Source: an uncultured Lentisphaerales bacterium
GTDB lineage: Bacteria; Verrucomicrobiota; Lentisphaeria; JABSQK01; UBA12247
Direction: 5' to 3'
NCBI GenBank assembly: GCA_943788985.1
Contig: CALSSJ010000030.1
Span: forward strand, 32,001-96,000
Length of the DNA stretch: 64,000 nucleotides
Shown here: piece by piece, positions 8,300 through 17,692 of the stretch
Layout: every line of letters starts with the position of its first letter
Numbering within the stretch: the first letter of the stretch is position 1
The notes under the pieces: generated by a model
The model's database searches: none
What the model was told of the DNA's origin: nothing
Seen by the model: only the letters and a program-made list of their open reading frames with translations
Position numbers and translations under genes: made by a program

Positions 8300-11200
8300 T
8301 CAGCGCTGTGGGGAAGGCACAACGAGATACTCGTCGGAGAACTCGTGAAAGTAGTGCAGGTAGTAACCTGTGTAGAACTGTAGCGTGTAGTCGTGATGGA
8401 AGTAGTACGTGTAGTCCAAGTTATGGAGGTAGTAAAAATCTTCGTTCGCATACGGATGCGGCAGTGAATAGCCATGGATCGGGTAACTTGCGAGGTATTG
8501 CGAATGAATCGCGCTCTGGGAGTTCCATGGATAGCCAACGTAGACCCAATAGGCTTGACCAGCTTCAAACTCCAGAACTTCCTCGTAGTTGATGCCATTC
8601 CAGCCCCACTGCGCAGCGATGTACTGGTAGTTGGCAAAGGTCTGTCGAGCATCGGTGCTGGCGAATGGCGGTGGTGTGACCACGCCGGTCAGGTTCCACT
8701 CTGGGACCAGTGCGTACTGGTTGAATAGATTCAGGGGGAGGCCGATGATCTCGATATCGAGGGCGTCACCACCATTGAATACCCAGTAGCCCTGGGATGG
8801 TTCGAAGGTAGTGACGTCAGAGTAGGCGGTGCCACTCCAACCCCAGATCTCTGCAGCAGGAATTCCGTCTAGGATGGTGTCTGCGCGACGATCAACTGGG
8901 TCAACAGGCAACGAAATCAAGTTCCACCCGGGCTCGAGATGAAGGGTGAATTCTTCAAGGCCATAGCGAATCTCGAACATGCGCAGTGTGCCTTGCGCGA
9001 TTTCGATGGAGTTGGTGTCAGACATATTCCAGATGTTACCGACTAATTCGCCGTTGTCTGGGTCTACCTCGACAATATACAGGCCACTGTCCGGGATCAG
9101 ACTGGTGTCCCAAGTCAGGGTTGCCGCGGAGAGACTGAGGCGCGCATCGCCGGTAAGTATCCACAGCCCGTACGGGGCCTCTTGGCGAATGTCACGTGCC
9201 AGCGCAAAGTCGCTGGGGCCAAGAAAGGTGCGTGCGGTGGCCAGCATCGGCTGCGGGGGAATGGGCGTATAAACGCGGGAGATGCCCATGCCAAAACTGA
9301 CGAAATTGGTGCTGGAGCCAACTACGGAGATTGGCAGTTCCCAGCCGCTCACCACAATCGTAATGGTCGCGGGAGCAGAAGCCAAACCGCCGGCATCGCG
9401 AGCAATGTAGTCGAGGTGCAGAACACCTTCCCAGTCGTCTTCTGCGGTGTAGACGCCGTCTGTGATGGTGCCGTGTGCCGGAACACCTTGGATTTCATAG
9501 GTGACTTCGTCCCAGTCGGGATCGAGTGATTCGAACGGGAGCAGGGACGAACCGCCACGCCGTACGTGCAAGGTATTATCGGCCGCACTGGGCTCATGGT
9601 TCACATCTGTGACAGTGATCGACACCATCCCGTCATCTACGAACACGCCGTCAGTGACAAGATAGGCGAAGGTCACTTCACCAGAGAAGTCGTTGTGTGG
9701 ATCGAATACGAGTGAGCCATCATCTCCGACCACAAGTACGCCTGATTCGACCGGCTGAAGGAAGGCGCGGACAAAGCCGGCATGCTCAGCGAACTGCAAG
9801 GTCTGGTCAATCACCAAGACGCCACTCGAGAGGTAGTAGTTCGGAACAAAATAGGTGTGGTTGAGGAAATAGTTGATCGGATTCAAGCTGGTGTGAAAGG
9901 CGAAATAGGTCGCAGGATCGTAGCTATCGTGCACCAGGTAGGTGGGGAGGATGGGATTGAGGACGGGCGCGTCTGCCTGCAGTCCAAGGTAGCCATTGTA
10001 GGGGCGAACGCCTGCGATTGTGTCTGTGTTGTAGTAGTTGAGGCCATGCGAGGCGACGAGGCCAGAGAATGCGGGGAGAACCATGAGTGGGCCGCCGTCG
10101 GCATCAACGTCGTTTGCCAGCAGGCCGCCAGCAGGAGCAATCTGCAGAATTTGGTCTTGGTCGATGGTGTAGGCGTCATCCGCAGCTACGGGAGCGTGGA
10201 GGTAGTTGGTCTTGACATCGAAGATCGAGGCGCCGTGGCTGTAGACGCGGGCGATGGCTTGAAGCGGGTAGTCATCCATATCGATGACGCTCGTAATGCG
10301 GTAGCGCTCTGTGTCATTGACGTAGACCACTGCGTCGCCATGGCCGTCAAGCCCGGACTCGACAGAAACGCGAATGATGTCACGCGGGCTGTAGTCGCCG
10401 ACGTTGGGGCCAGCGGGAGCATAGGGACCGCCGTCGTAAAGGACGATGACTTTGCCCTGGTGATCGAGGAAGACACCGATCTTTACATCTTTCGGGGTGT
10501 GCCCGTGAATGATTTCACTGGCGAACCCCAAGATCTTGAGGGTATCATTGGCCTCGACCCAGCCTTCTACGTAGGCACCACCGCCAGGAACGAAATAGAG
10601 TCCATCGGCACCTGCGTCATGGCCCTGGACCCTGCCGCCGGACTTAGTCAGGCTGCCACCAGAGAGATGGACGTTGGTGGGATTCTCCCAAGAAATAGGA
10701 CGGCCGCCCGCATCTCCCCAGAGCGTAGGCGAGGTCGCAGTAGCTGCGGTGCAAATGGTGGAACAGATCCCGGATGCAACGGGCACGATACCGGCCGGGG
10801 TTGCCTTGGTGTGAAAGCGCCGTAGAGTCGCGCCTGTCGGATCAAGGATGGTAATCGTGAAGACTGATGCGCTTGTCCAACTCCCGGAGTAGTCGGCACC
10901 GAGGGAGTCAGCCCGATGAGTGAAGCCGTCCCAGTGAGAAAAGTTGAAGAGAGCGTCGACGAGGTCCTTGTCTGTGCGTCCGCCAGTTGGAGCGGCTGTG
11001 GCCTGGGAGAAGACGATGGAAATTTCATCGCCCGCGGAGTAGTCATCGTCGAGGTTGTCTGGATCATCCATGATGAAATCTATTATCTCGGGGACCGGGA
11101 CGCTGTGCTGGAGATGCTCCAGGCGCGGGTTGGCATTGGTGGTCTCGTCTCCGGCGCCCAGGGTCACGGATGCCTGGAACGGATAGTCCTCCTGAGAGAT

Positions 11201-11713
11201 TGTGCGCTCGGAAACATGGAAGAGAACGCCCTTGTAATAGTAGCCAATCTGCGCATACTCGAACTCGCCTGTTGAGCTGCGCACAGGAGCAATAGCTACC
11301 CTGAATACGTCCCCAGTGCGATAGGTGACCACTGGGCCGACTCGCGTGCCGGACTCAACAGCAGATGCCTTCCCCTTAATGTCCAAGATGATTGCGTAGT
11401 CCTGGTTCGGCAGCGCCGGATCATTGCCACCATTGGTGAAGCCGAATGCGCGAGTGTGGTCGATGCCATCGGCGATAGCTTCTACCCATGCCGCGCCGCC
11501 GTAGTACGTGTGGCGGGAAACGGCTCCCTTGCGAAAGCTGCCGCCGCCTTCGCCGTGCAGCTCATACAGGTTCTCAACGCGAATCGGGCCCGTCGGGTCC
11601 CAGTCGGGGGCCATGCCACCAGGAGCCAGCGGAAGATGTGCGAGTGCTGGGAGACAGAGGGCGAGTGTCAGCAATGTCACTAACAGCCTGAGAGCGTAGG
11701 TAGGTAACCGCAT
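8300..11713 (-). CDS. Large secreted multidomain surface protein (two beta-sandwich repeats, Big_9/cadherin-like Ig domains, GWNL-type C-terminal domain, Tyr/His-rich tail)
   Basis: Signal peptide from MRLPTYALRLLV (ATG 11713, more likely than 11800); APVAADDAY...LLANDVDADG; NHEPSAAD; LEPGWNLISLP. Confidence 0.75.
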   Translation of the reverse strand: MRLPTYALRLLVTLLTLALCLPALAHLPLAPGGMAPDWDPTGPIRVENLYELHGEGGGSFRKGAVSRHTYYGGAAWVEAIADGIDHTRAFGFTNGGNDPALPNQDYAIILDIKGKASAVESGTRVGPVVTYRTGDVFRVAIAPVRSSTGEFEYAQIGYYYKGVLFHVSERTISQEDYPFQASVTLGAGDETTNANPRLEHLQHSVPVPEIIDFIMDDPDNLDDDYSAGDEISIVFSQATAAPTGGRTDKDLVDALFNFSHWDGFTHRADSLGADYSGSWTSASVFTITILDPTGATLRRFHTKATPAGIVPVASGICSTICTAATATSPTLWGDAGGRPISWENPTNVHLSGGSLTKSGGRVQGHDAGADGLYFVPGGGAYVEGWVEANDTLKILGFASEIIHGHTPKDVKIGVFLDHQGKVIVLYDGGPYAPAGPNVGDYSPRDIIRVSVESGLDGHGDAVVYVNDTERYRITSVIDMDDYPLQAIARVYSHGASIFDVKTNYLHAPVAADDAYTIDQDQILQIAPAGGLLANDVDADGGPLMVLPAFSGLVASHGLNYYNTDTIAGVRPYNGYLGLQADAPVLNPILPTYLVHDSYDPATYFAFHTSLNPINYFLNHTYFVPNYYLSSGVLVIDQTLQFAEHAGFVRAFLQPVESGVLVVGDDGSLVFDPHNDFSGEVTFAYLVTDGVFVDDGMVSITVTDVNHEPSAADNTLHVRRGGSSLLPFESLDPDWDEVTYEIQGVPAHGTITDGVYTAEDDWEGVLHLDYIARDAGGLASAPATITIVVSGWELPISVVGSSTNFVSFGMGISRVYTPIPPQPMLATARTFLGPSDFALARDIRQEAPYGLWILTGDARLSLSAATLTWDTSLIPDSGLYIVEVDPDNGELVGNIWNMSDTNSIEIAQGTLRMFEIRYGLEEFTLHLEPGWNLISLPVDPVDRRADTILDGIPAAEIWGWSGTAYSDVTTFEPSQGYWVFNGGDALDIEIIGLPLNLFNQYALVPEWNLTGVVTPPPFASTDARQTFANYQYIAAQWGWNGINYEEVLEFEAGQAYWVYVGYPWNSQSAIHSQYLASYPIHGYSLPHPYANEDFYYLHNLDYTYYFHHDYTLQFYTGYYLHYFHEFSDEYLVVPSPQR

Positions 11714-11790
11714 GTCTAGGATTCCTGTGAAAATATGATGGTCGACAACCAGAGTTCGAGCGTAACAATATCCACAGTCTAGCGGAAATT

Positions 11791-12321
11791 TCAAGGGCAC
11801 AATCGTTCTGATGCCTGATTATTTGCAGATTCAAATGCCGCAGGTGGAATGGCGATGACATCAGCGGCCGCGTCACGGCGAATCTGATCCAGGATGCCGT
11901 TGGTGAAGCGCCAGGACTCTTCGTCGCCGAAAAGGCGAGCGATTTCAACGGCCTCATTGATGCAAACCGCGGGCGGGACATCTGCGTAGAACATCTCGTA
12001 TAGCGCAAGTCGAATCGTGTTCAGATCCACGGTCAACATGCGGGCGGTATCCCAGTGTGGCGAGGCGCCAGCGATCATCTCGTCGACAAGGTGTTTCTGA
12101 ACGGTGACACCGGCGACCAAGGCATCCGCGCGACTCTTGATTTTGCGGAGTTCCCGAGCAGAGAGCTCGGGGGGGGCAAGTTCAGGGAGCTCGTGGAGCC
12201 ACTCGCATTCAAGCACGAGTTGGTCCGCGTCGTCGTTTGGGCCAATATCGAGTTTGTATAGCATCTGCAATGCGCGGATGCGGGCCAGATGCTGAATGGG
12301 GACTGGTTTGCCGCGCTTCAT
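11791..12321 (-). CDS. nusB: Transcription antitermination factor NusB
   Basis: ARIRALQMLY, IRLALYEM and INEAVEIARLFGDEESWRFTNGILD motifs; follows ribH. Confidence 0.93.
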   Translation of the reverse strand: MKRGKPVPIQHLARIRALQMLYKLDIGPNDDADQLVLECEWLHELPELAPPELSARELRKIKSRADALVAGVTVQKHLVDEMIAGASPHWDTARMLTVDLNTIRLALYEMFYADVPPAVCINEAVEIARLFGDEESWRFTNGILDQIRRDAAADVIAIPPAAFESANNQASERLCP

Positions 12322-12809
12322 GCCAAAACCGGGTCAATGGCCCGCATGACATTAGCCATTTCGACCGCGGTCGAAATGGCGGATGCGCCGCGATTGCCGA
12401 GCTTGGAGCCGCTGCGCTCTGTGGCTTGGTCTAATGACTCTGTGGCAACCACGCCATGCACGACCGGCACGCCGCTCTCTGCGGACAAAGAGCAGAGGGC
12501 GCTAGCCACGCTACTATTGATGTGCCCTGCGTGGCTCGTGCTACCCTGAATCACGGCGGCGAGCGCCACGACGGCGTCGAACTTGCCACTACGCACGAAG
12601 CGCCCCGCGACGGCAGGAATTTCGAAGCAGCCCGGCACCCAGGCAACCGTTACATTCTCCGCAATGCCGCCTGAGCGGCAGAAGGAATCCATAGCGCCTT
12701 CGAGGAGCCGGTCTACGAAAAAGTGATTAAATCGGCCGCAGACTATGCCTATGCGGAGGCCTTGGGCGGATAGCGTGCCCTCGATGATGGAGCCGGGAGT
12801 CTTATTCAT
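12318..12809 (-). CDS. ribH: 6,7-dimethyl-8-ribityllumazine synthase
   Basis: RFNHFFVDRLLEGA, WVPGCFEIP, VIQGSTSH and GSKLGNRG motifs. Confidence 0.95.
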   Translation of the reverse strand: MNKTPGSIIEGTLSAQGLRIGIVCGRFNHFFVDRLLEGAMDSFCRSGGIAENVTVAWVPGCFEIPAVAGRFVRSGKFDAVVALAAVIQGSTSHAGHINSSVASALCSLSAESGVPVVHGVVATESLDQATERSGSKLGNRGASAISTAVEMANVMRAIDPVLA

Positions 12810-12835
12810 GATGTTTCTCTAGATCTAGTACGAAA

Positions 12836-14026
12836 TTATAGTATGTGTCCGAGCCGTTCCCGCTTGGTCTTGAGATAGAAGGCGCTAGGCGGCTTGGCTG
12901 GCGCAACGATCGGCAGGCGCTTAACGACTTCAATGCCGTAGTCCGTAATTCCCTGAACTTTCGCGGGATTATTGGTCATGAGATTCACCGCTGAGATCCC
13001 CAAAATCTGCAGGACTTGGGCCGCCACGGAATAATCTCGCATGTCGGGCGGGAATCCGAGGCGCTCATTGGCCTCCACGGTATCCAGTCCCTCGTCTTGC
13101 AGGCGGTAAGCCTGAATTTTCTGAACCAAGCCGATTCCTCTTCCTTCCTGCCGCAGGTAGACGAGTACGCCAGAACCGTTGCGGATGATCTCTCGCATTG
13201 CAATATCCAGTTGGTCGCCACAGTCGCAGCGGGAGGAATGGAGAATATCCCCGGTGAAGCATTCGCTGTGGATTCGCACCAAGGCTGGCTGGTTTTCGTC
13301 GATGTCGCCGAACGTAACCGCGATGTGTTCGCGGGAGTCGTATAATGTCGTGAAGCAATGCAGTTGAAAATCCTGATCCGAGTAGCTGGTCGGTAGATTC
13401 ACAGATCCACTTGGCTGGATGACTCGTTCGCGCTGTTGGCGGTAGCGCACTAGGTCGGAGACGTTGATGTGGGCGAGCCCATGAGTCTCGACAAACTTGG
13501 CCAGGTCCGGAGCGCGGGCCATTTCTCCGTTTTCTGCCAGGATCTCGCAGATGGCCGCGGCCGGCTCGCAGCCAGCCAAGGTCACAAGATCGAGCGCTGC
13601 TTCTGTATGCCCTGGTCGTTCGAGGACACCTCCTTCTTTTGCCAGCAGCGGGAAAATATGGCCCGGAATATCAAAGTCGCCTCTGCTTGCCTGCGCTTCG
13701 GCCAACTTGACCAAGGTCTGTGAGCGGTCCGCGGCTGAAATCCCGGTCGTGACACCTTCCCTGGCATCGACACTGACGGTAAATGCGGTCCCAAACCGGT
13801 CCACGGTTGTGGACATGGGCCAGAGGCCCAACTGCTCCACGCGTCCACGGGACAGCGGTGCGCAGATCAGGCCGCGCCCATGCACGGCCATAAAATTCAC
13901 GACTTCTGGAGTTGCGAACTCCGCAGCGACAATAAGGTCTCCCTCGTTCTCGCGCCTTGCATCATCACTGACGACGATAATTTCGCCTTTAGCGATCGCC
14001 TCGATTGCCTGTTGTACTGTGCTCAT
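12836..14026 (-). CDS. ribBA: Bifunctional DHBP synthase / GTP cyclohydrolase II
   Basis: DDARRENEGDL, RPGHTEA, VRIHSECFTGD, RCDCGDQL and RQEGRGIG motifs; start taken at ATG 14026. Confidence 0.95.
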   Translation of the reverse strand: MSTVQQAIEAIAKGEIIVVSDDARRENEGDLIVAAEFATPEVVNFMAVHGRGLICAPLSRGRVEQLGLWPMSTTVDRFGTAFTVSVDAREGVTTGISAADRSQTLVKLAEAQASRGDFDIPGHIFPLLAKEGGVLERPGHTEAALDLVTLAGCEPAAAICEILAENGEMARAPDLAKFVETHGLAHINVSDLVRYRQQRERVIQPSGSVNLPTSYSDQDFQLHCFTTLYDSREHIAVTFGDIDENQPALVRIHSECFTGDILHSSRCDCGDQLDIAMREIIRNGSGVLVYLRQEGRGIGLVQKIQAYRLQDEGLDTVEANERLGFPPDMRDYSVAAQVLQILGISAVNLMTNNPAKVQGITDYGIEVVKRLPIVAPAKPPSAFYLKTKRERLGHIL

Positions 14027-14102
14027 GCTTATTCCGTCAACTCGTTGCATTCGTGGCACAGCAACACGGGCCGCATGCCTGTGTGCATGCGCCTGTCAGC
14101 GT

Positions 14103-14237
14103 GCTTTCTCTTATCCAGACTGTACTGTCGGCGATGGAATTTCACCATCTCCTGCCCCGTAGGGCTCGCGGGCTGTAACCGCCGGTCCGGAATTCCTGTC
14201 TCACGTAGCGTGAGCTAGGTCACCGTGCCCCGAAAGC
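14103..14237 (-). promoter_or_regulatory. FMN riboswitch (RFN element)
   Basis: Minus strand GCTTTCGGGGCACGGTGA...AATTCCGGACCGGCGGT...AGCCCGCGAGC...GGTGAAATTCC...CCGACAGTACAGTCTGGATAAGAGAAAGC; P1 GCTTTC/GAAAGC; upstream of ribBA. Confidence 0.95.
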
Positions 14238-14353
14238 GTTATCTCAAGCACGAAATGTACGCCCTCACGGACCGAATGCTATCAGGCTGTGGGCAAAACT
14301 CGGGGACCGATTCCCCGACTAGATGGATTCGGCGATCCCTCGTATGTTGGAGG

Positions 14354-16594
14354 ATGCTAGAAGAGAACGTCCCACCCTCCGGCGATGAACAAGCACCCCA
14401 GCACTGGGTCTGTGCGTTGGTTCTGCTGTTTCTAGTCATTCTTGCCTACCGGCCGGCGCTGAGCTGCGATTTCATCTGGGATGACGATCAGTACGTGTAT
14501 GAGAATCCGGTGCTGACCAGCGACACAGGACTGCGTGACATCTGGCTGGATCCGCTAGCCACCCCGCAATACTACCCAATGGTTCATACCAGCTACTGGC
14601 TGGAACACAAACTTTGGGGCATGCGGCCGCTCGGATATCACAGTACAAACCTGCTGCTGCACGGCGCCGCTGCCATATTACTCTACCTACTGCTACTCCA
14701 GTTGAAGGTCCCGGGCGCGTGGTGGGCTGCGGCGTTATTTGCGATTCACCCAGTGAATGTCGAGTCCGTGGCGTGGATTACCGAGCGGAAGAATGTGTTG
14801 GCCGGTCTATTCGCCTTTGCTGCGTTGAATTTCGGTTGGTGGGCGACGGAAAGCCAGTCGAGGTGGCAATCCAGTTTCTGGAAATGGCTGTGCGCACTGC
14901 TCTTCTTTGTCCTTGCGCTGCTGTCCAAGACTGTCGCTTGTTCCATGCCCGCGGTACTGCTGCTACTGCTATGGTGGCGGCGGCGATTGCGCCCGGGAAC
15001 TGTGGCTCCTCTGATCCCGTTTTTCGCGTCCGGCCTGTTATTCGCGCTCCTGACCGTGCGGTTGGAACGGCATTTCGTGGGGGCGGACGGGCCCGAGTGG
15101 GATCTATCTTTGATCGATCGCTGCTTGATCGCCGGCCGCGCTTTGTGGTTCTACATCAGCAAGATTGCATGGCCTGAGCCACTCATGTTCATTTATCCGC
15201 GCTGGGAAATAAATAGCGCAGTGTGGTGGCAGTACCTGTTTCCGCTCGCGGCGCTGTTCGTTCTAATCGTGGGCGCCGCGCAGGCCTTGCGTGGCAAGCG
15301 TGGCCTGTTTGCCTGTAGTGCGATGTTCGCAGGAGTGCTGGTTCCGGCGCTGGGATTCTTTAATGTTTACCCGATGCTGTTCTCCTTCGTGGCCGATCAC
15401 TTTCAGTATCTCGCCACGCCCGTTGCCTGTGCTGGACTCTGCGCCGTAGTCTTTGGCAACGCCTCGCACGGGCGGCTACGACGCGGGGGCATGACTGCCG
15501 TGTTGGCCGTTTTTCTGGTCTTGAGCATATTGCAGTGTCGCATCTATCAGGATGAGGAGACCCTATGGCGAGCCACTGCTGCAGACAACCCAACTGCCTG
15601 GATCGCCCACAATAATCTCGGTCTCATCCAGCTGAATCGAGGCGAGACCACAGAAGCCATTGCCGCCTTTCACACAGCCCTGCGCTATCGTCCACATCAC
15701 AGCACTGCCTGGGGGAATCTTGGGCTGGCCTATTCCCAGCTTGGACAGAAATCATCGGCGGCCAGTGCGTTTCGCAAATCGGTCGAGCTTGAGCCGGAGG
15801 ATGCAGACGCGCTGAACCTGGCAGCAAACTTTTTTGCCGGTGAACGCCGCTATGACGAAGCGCTCCCGCTCTACCTGGCGGCCCTGGCCAGGAAGGACGA
15901 TCCCGGAATCGGGACCAACTGTGCAGCCATGCTGATCGAAGCCGGCCGTTGGCAAGATGCTGCGCCAAGGTTGCAGACTATTGTCCAAAGCTACCCTGAC
16001 TTTCCCGCTGCACGCTATCACCTGGCCTACGTCAGCGAAAAGCTGGAGCACCATGATCAAGCCCTAGTGCAGCTTCGCGCCCTAGCGAGCCTGGACCCGC
16101 GTCCGGAGAACCTAATCTGGCTGATGCGGAGCTTGATACGCGGCGAGCACTATCAGGAAGCAAGTCCGCTTGCCGAAGCTTTGCTAAATCGAGAACCGAG
16201 TCCGCAGGTCTTGGCGCTTGCAGCCCGCGTCGCGGCCGAAAATGGTGCTGCAGACATCGCAATTCAGCGCTGGGAACGGGCGCTGTCTGTGACGTCTCCC
16301 GCTGCCAGTACCTTGCAAGACTATGCGTGGTTTTTGGCGACCCGCCAAAGCAGCACGCGCGACCAGCGCAGCCGCGCACTGGCGAGTGCTCAATTGGCTC
16401 TGAAGCTTGCCAAACCAACCACACCGGCGCTTTTGGATTGCGTCGCCGCAGCTCACGCATCAGTGGCGGACTTCGCAGGTGCCGAGCTTTTTGCTGCGCG
16501 AGCAGTTGCTGCCCTGTCGCCAGTGGATGCCCGCCGTGAGTCGTTTCAGAGTAGGCTAGACTTGTATCGCGCGGGCCAGTCCTTCTATCGATAA
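14354..16594 (+). CDS. TMTC-like membrane glycosyltransferase (GT-C fold) with C-terminal TPR repeats
   Basis: FIWDDDQYV, HPVNVESVAWITERKNVL, LLSKT and VADHFQYL motifs; TPRs (AHNNLG, AWGNLG). Start uncertain (14225 or 14354). Confidence 0.85.
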   Translation: MLEENVPPSGDEQAPQHWVCALVLLFLVILAYRPALSCDFIWDDDQYVYENPVLTSDTGLRDIWLDPLATPQYYPMVHTSYWLEHKLWGMRPLGYHSTNLLLHGAAAILLYLLLLQLKVPGAWWAAALFAIHPVNVESVAWITERKNVLAGLFAFAALNFGWWATESQSRWQSSFWKWLCALLFFVLALLSKTVACSMPAVLLLLLWWRRRLRPGTVAPLIPFFASGLLFALLTVRLERHFVGADGPEWDLSLIDRCLIAGRALWFYISKIAWPEPLMFIYPRWEINSAVWWQYLFPLAALFVLIVGAAQALRGKRGLFACSAMFAGVLVPALGFFNVYPMLFSFVADHFQYLATPVACAGLCAVVFGNASHGRLRRGGMTAVLAVFLVLSILQCRIYQDEETLWRATAADNPTAWIAHNNLGLIQLNRGETTEAIAAFHTALRYRPHHSTAWGNLGLAYSQLGQKSSAASAFRKSVELEPEDADALNLAANFFAGERRYDEALPLYLAALARKDDPGIGTNCAAMLIEAGRWQDAAPRLQTIVQSYPDFPAARYHLAYVSEKLEHHDQALVQLRALASLDPRPENLIWLMRSLIRGEHYQEASPLAEALLNREPSPQVLALAARVAAENGAADIAIQRWERALSVTSPAASTLQDYAWFLATRQSSTRDQRSRALASAQLALKLAKPTTPALLDCVAAAHASVADFAGAELFAARAVAALSPVDARRESFQSRLDLYRAGQSFYR

Positions 16595-16671
16595 CGGAAT
16601 TTTGCGATAGACCAGTGCGGTGGAGCGCCGAACGTCCGCACATTATTCCGACCAACCTGTGACGCGCCACA

Positions 16672-17506
16672 CTAAAACAACCTTAAAGACGGGAGAGCAG
16701 CAGCGAATACCACCATTGCCATGATTAGCACGGGGTGAAGCGCAGCAAGCCACAGAACAGATTGCGCCCAATTATGGTGCCGGTTCGATCTGAGAGCATG
16801 GCAGAGCAAGAAGAGCTTACGGGTATGCCCGCCTGCTGTCACTCCCGCTTCCTCCGCCCGGATCAAGGCATCTGGCGCGTTCAGTAGTCGCGCGGCCTGC
16901 TCGTAAAAATCGGAGGGCGCTTGCATCCTGTTGAGCCAAGTATTGACGGTCGCGATGGACGAAACCCTATCTGGCGTGAGTGGAAGTGCGAAGCGACCAA
17001 CCAGGCTGATGCCTGCAGCGGTAGTCGATGCGAATGGATGACTCAGAATCAACTAGCGCAACGAGACCACCATCTCAGTGAGCGCGGGCATTGGCTCGCC
17101 AGCGAACACTCGCGCAAGCGCGCGGCTCGATTCTGCCACCCACAGTACCGCGACGGTCCAAGTGAGCAGTGTGCTACCCCACAAAAATAGCAGCGCATTG
17201 CGCAAGCGTACTTGCGCGGCGTTGCGAACTTCACAAACCGCGTCAATGGCACAGGCACCGCGCGGCGTTGCGAACTTCACAAACCGCGTCAATGGCACAG
17301 GCACCGCGCAGTGGTTTCCCGCCTGCTACACCAGCCGCGCGAACAAGACGACACGCTTTCGAGCAATCTAGCGTGCGTTGCATCCTATTTCTGTCTCCAC
17401 AATGGCTGGTGCGCTGTGCTGGCAAGTCATCATGTCGCTCCAAGGCAACGATCAAGTCGGGCAAGGCACCCGGGAAATGGATTCGGGGGCCAATCAGCAA
17501 AGTCAT
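16672..17506 (-). pseudogene. Highly divergent PilC/GspF-like (T2SSF) pseudogene
   Basis: Three ORF pieces join after removing a 46-bp duplication and reading through TAG 17053-17055: LVRAAGVAGGKP...RLRNALLFL-TM-PMPALTEMVVSL...LIRAEEAG...LHPVLIMAMVVFAAALPSL. Confidence 0.5.
17214..17309. repeat. Perfect 46-bp tandem duplication (2 copies plus 4 nt)
   Basis: GCGCGGCGTTGCGAACTTCACAAACCGCGTCAATGGCACAGGCACC at 17214-17259 and 17260-17305, followed by GCGC. Confidence 0.95.
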
Positions 17507-17692
17507 CTGCGGATGGGTATTTTAAAGTTCATAGAGGCAGTTTGAACTAGGTGCGAGCCTACCTGATCTACGGGCTGCTCATCAGGCCAACGTGGTGAGA
17601 CTTGCGGCTCAGGCGTAAGTTTAGAGGCAAGTTTCTAGCGCCATGTCCAACTCCTAAGCCACACCCCAAGAACAAAAAGGCCCGCCCTCAAG

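Noticed and set aside
8300..8540. Y/H/N/D-rich tail as a diversity-generating retroelement variable region
   Set aside because: No reverse transcriptase and no template-repeat copy are visible in the window.
9782..10825. 347-aa plus-strand ORF
   Set aside because: Lies wholly antisense to the surface-protein gene; shadow ORF.
17214..17309. 46-bp repeat as a CRISPR array
   Set aside because: Two directly adjacent copies with no spacer and no cas genes.
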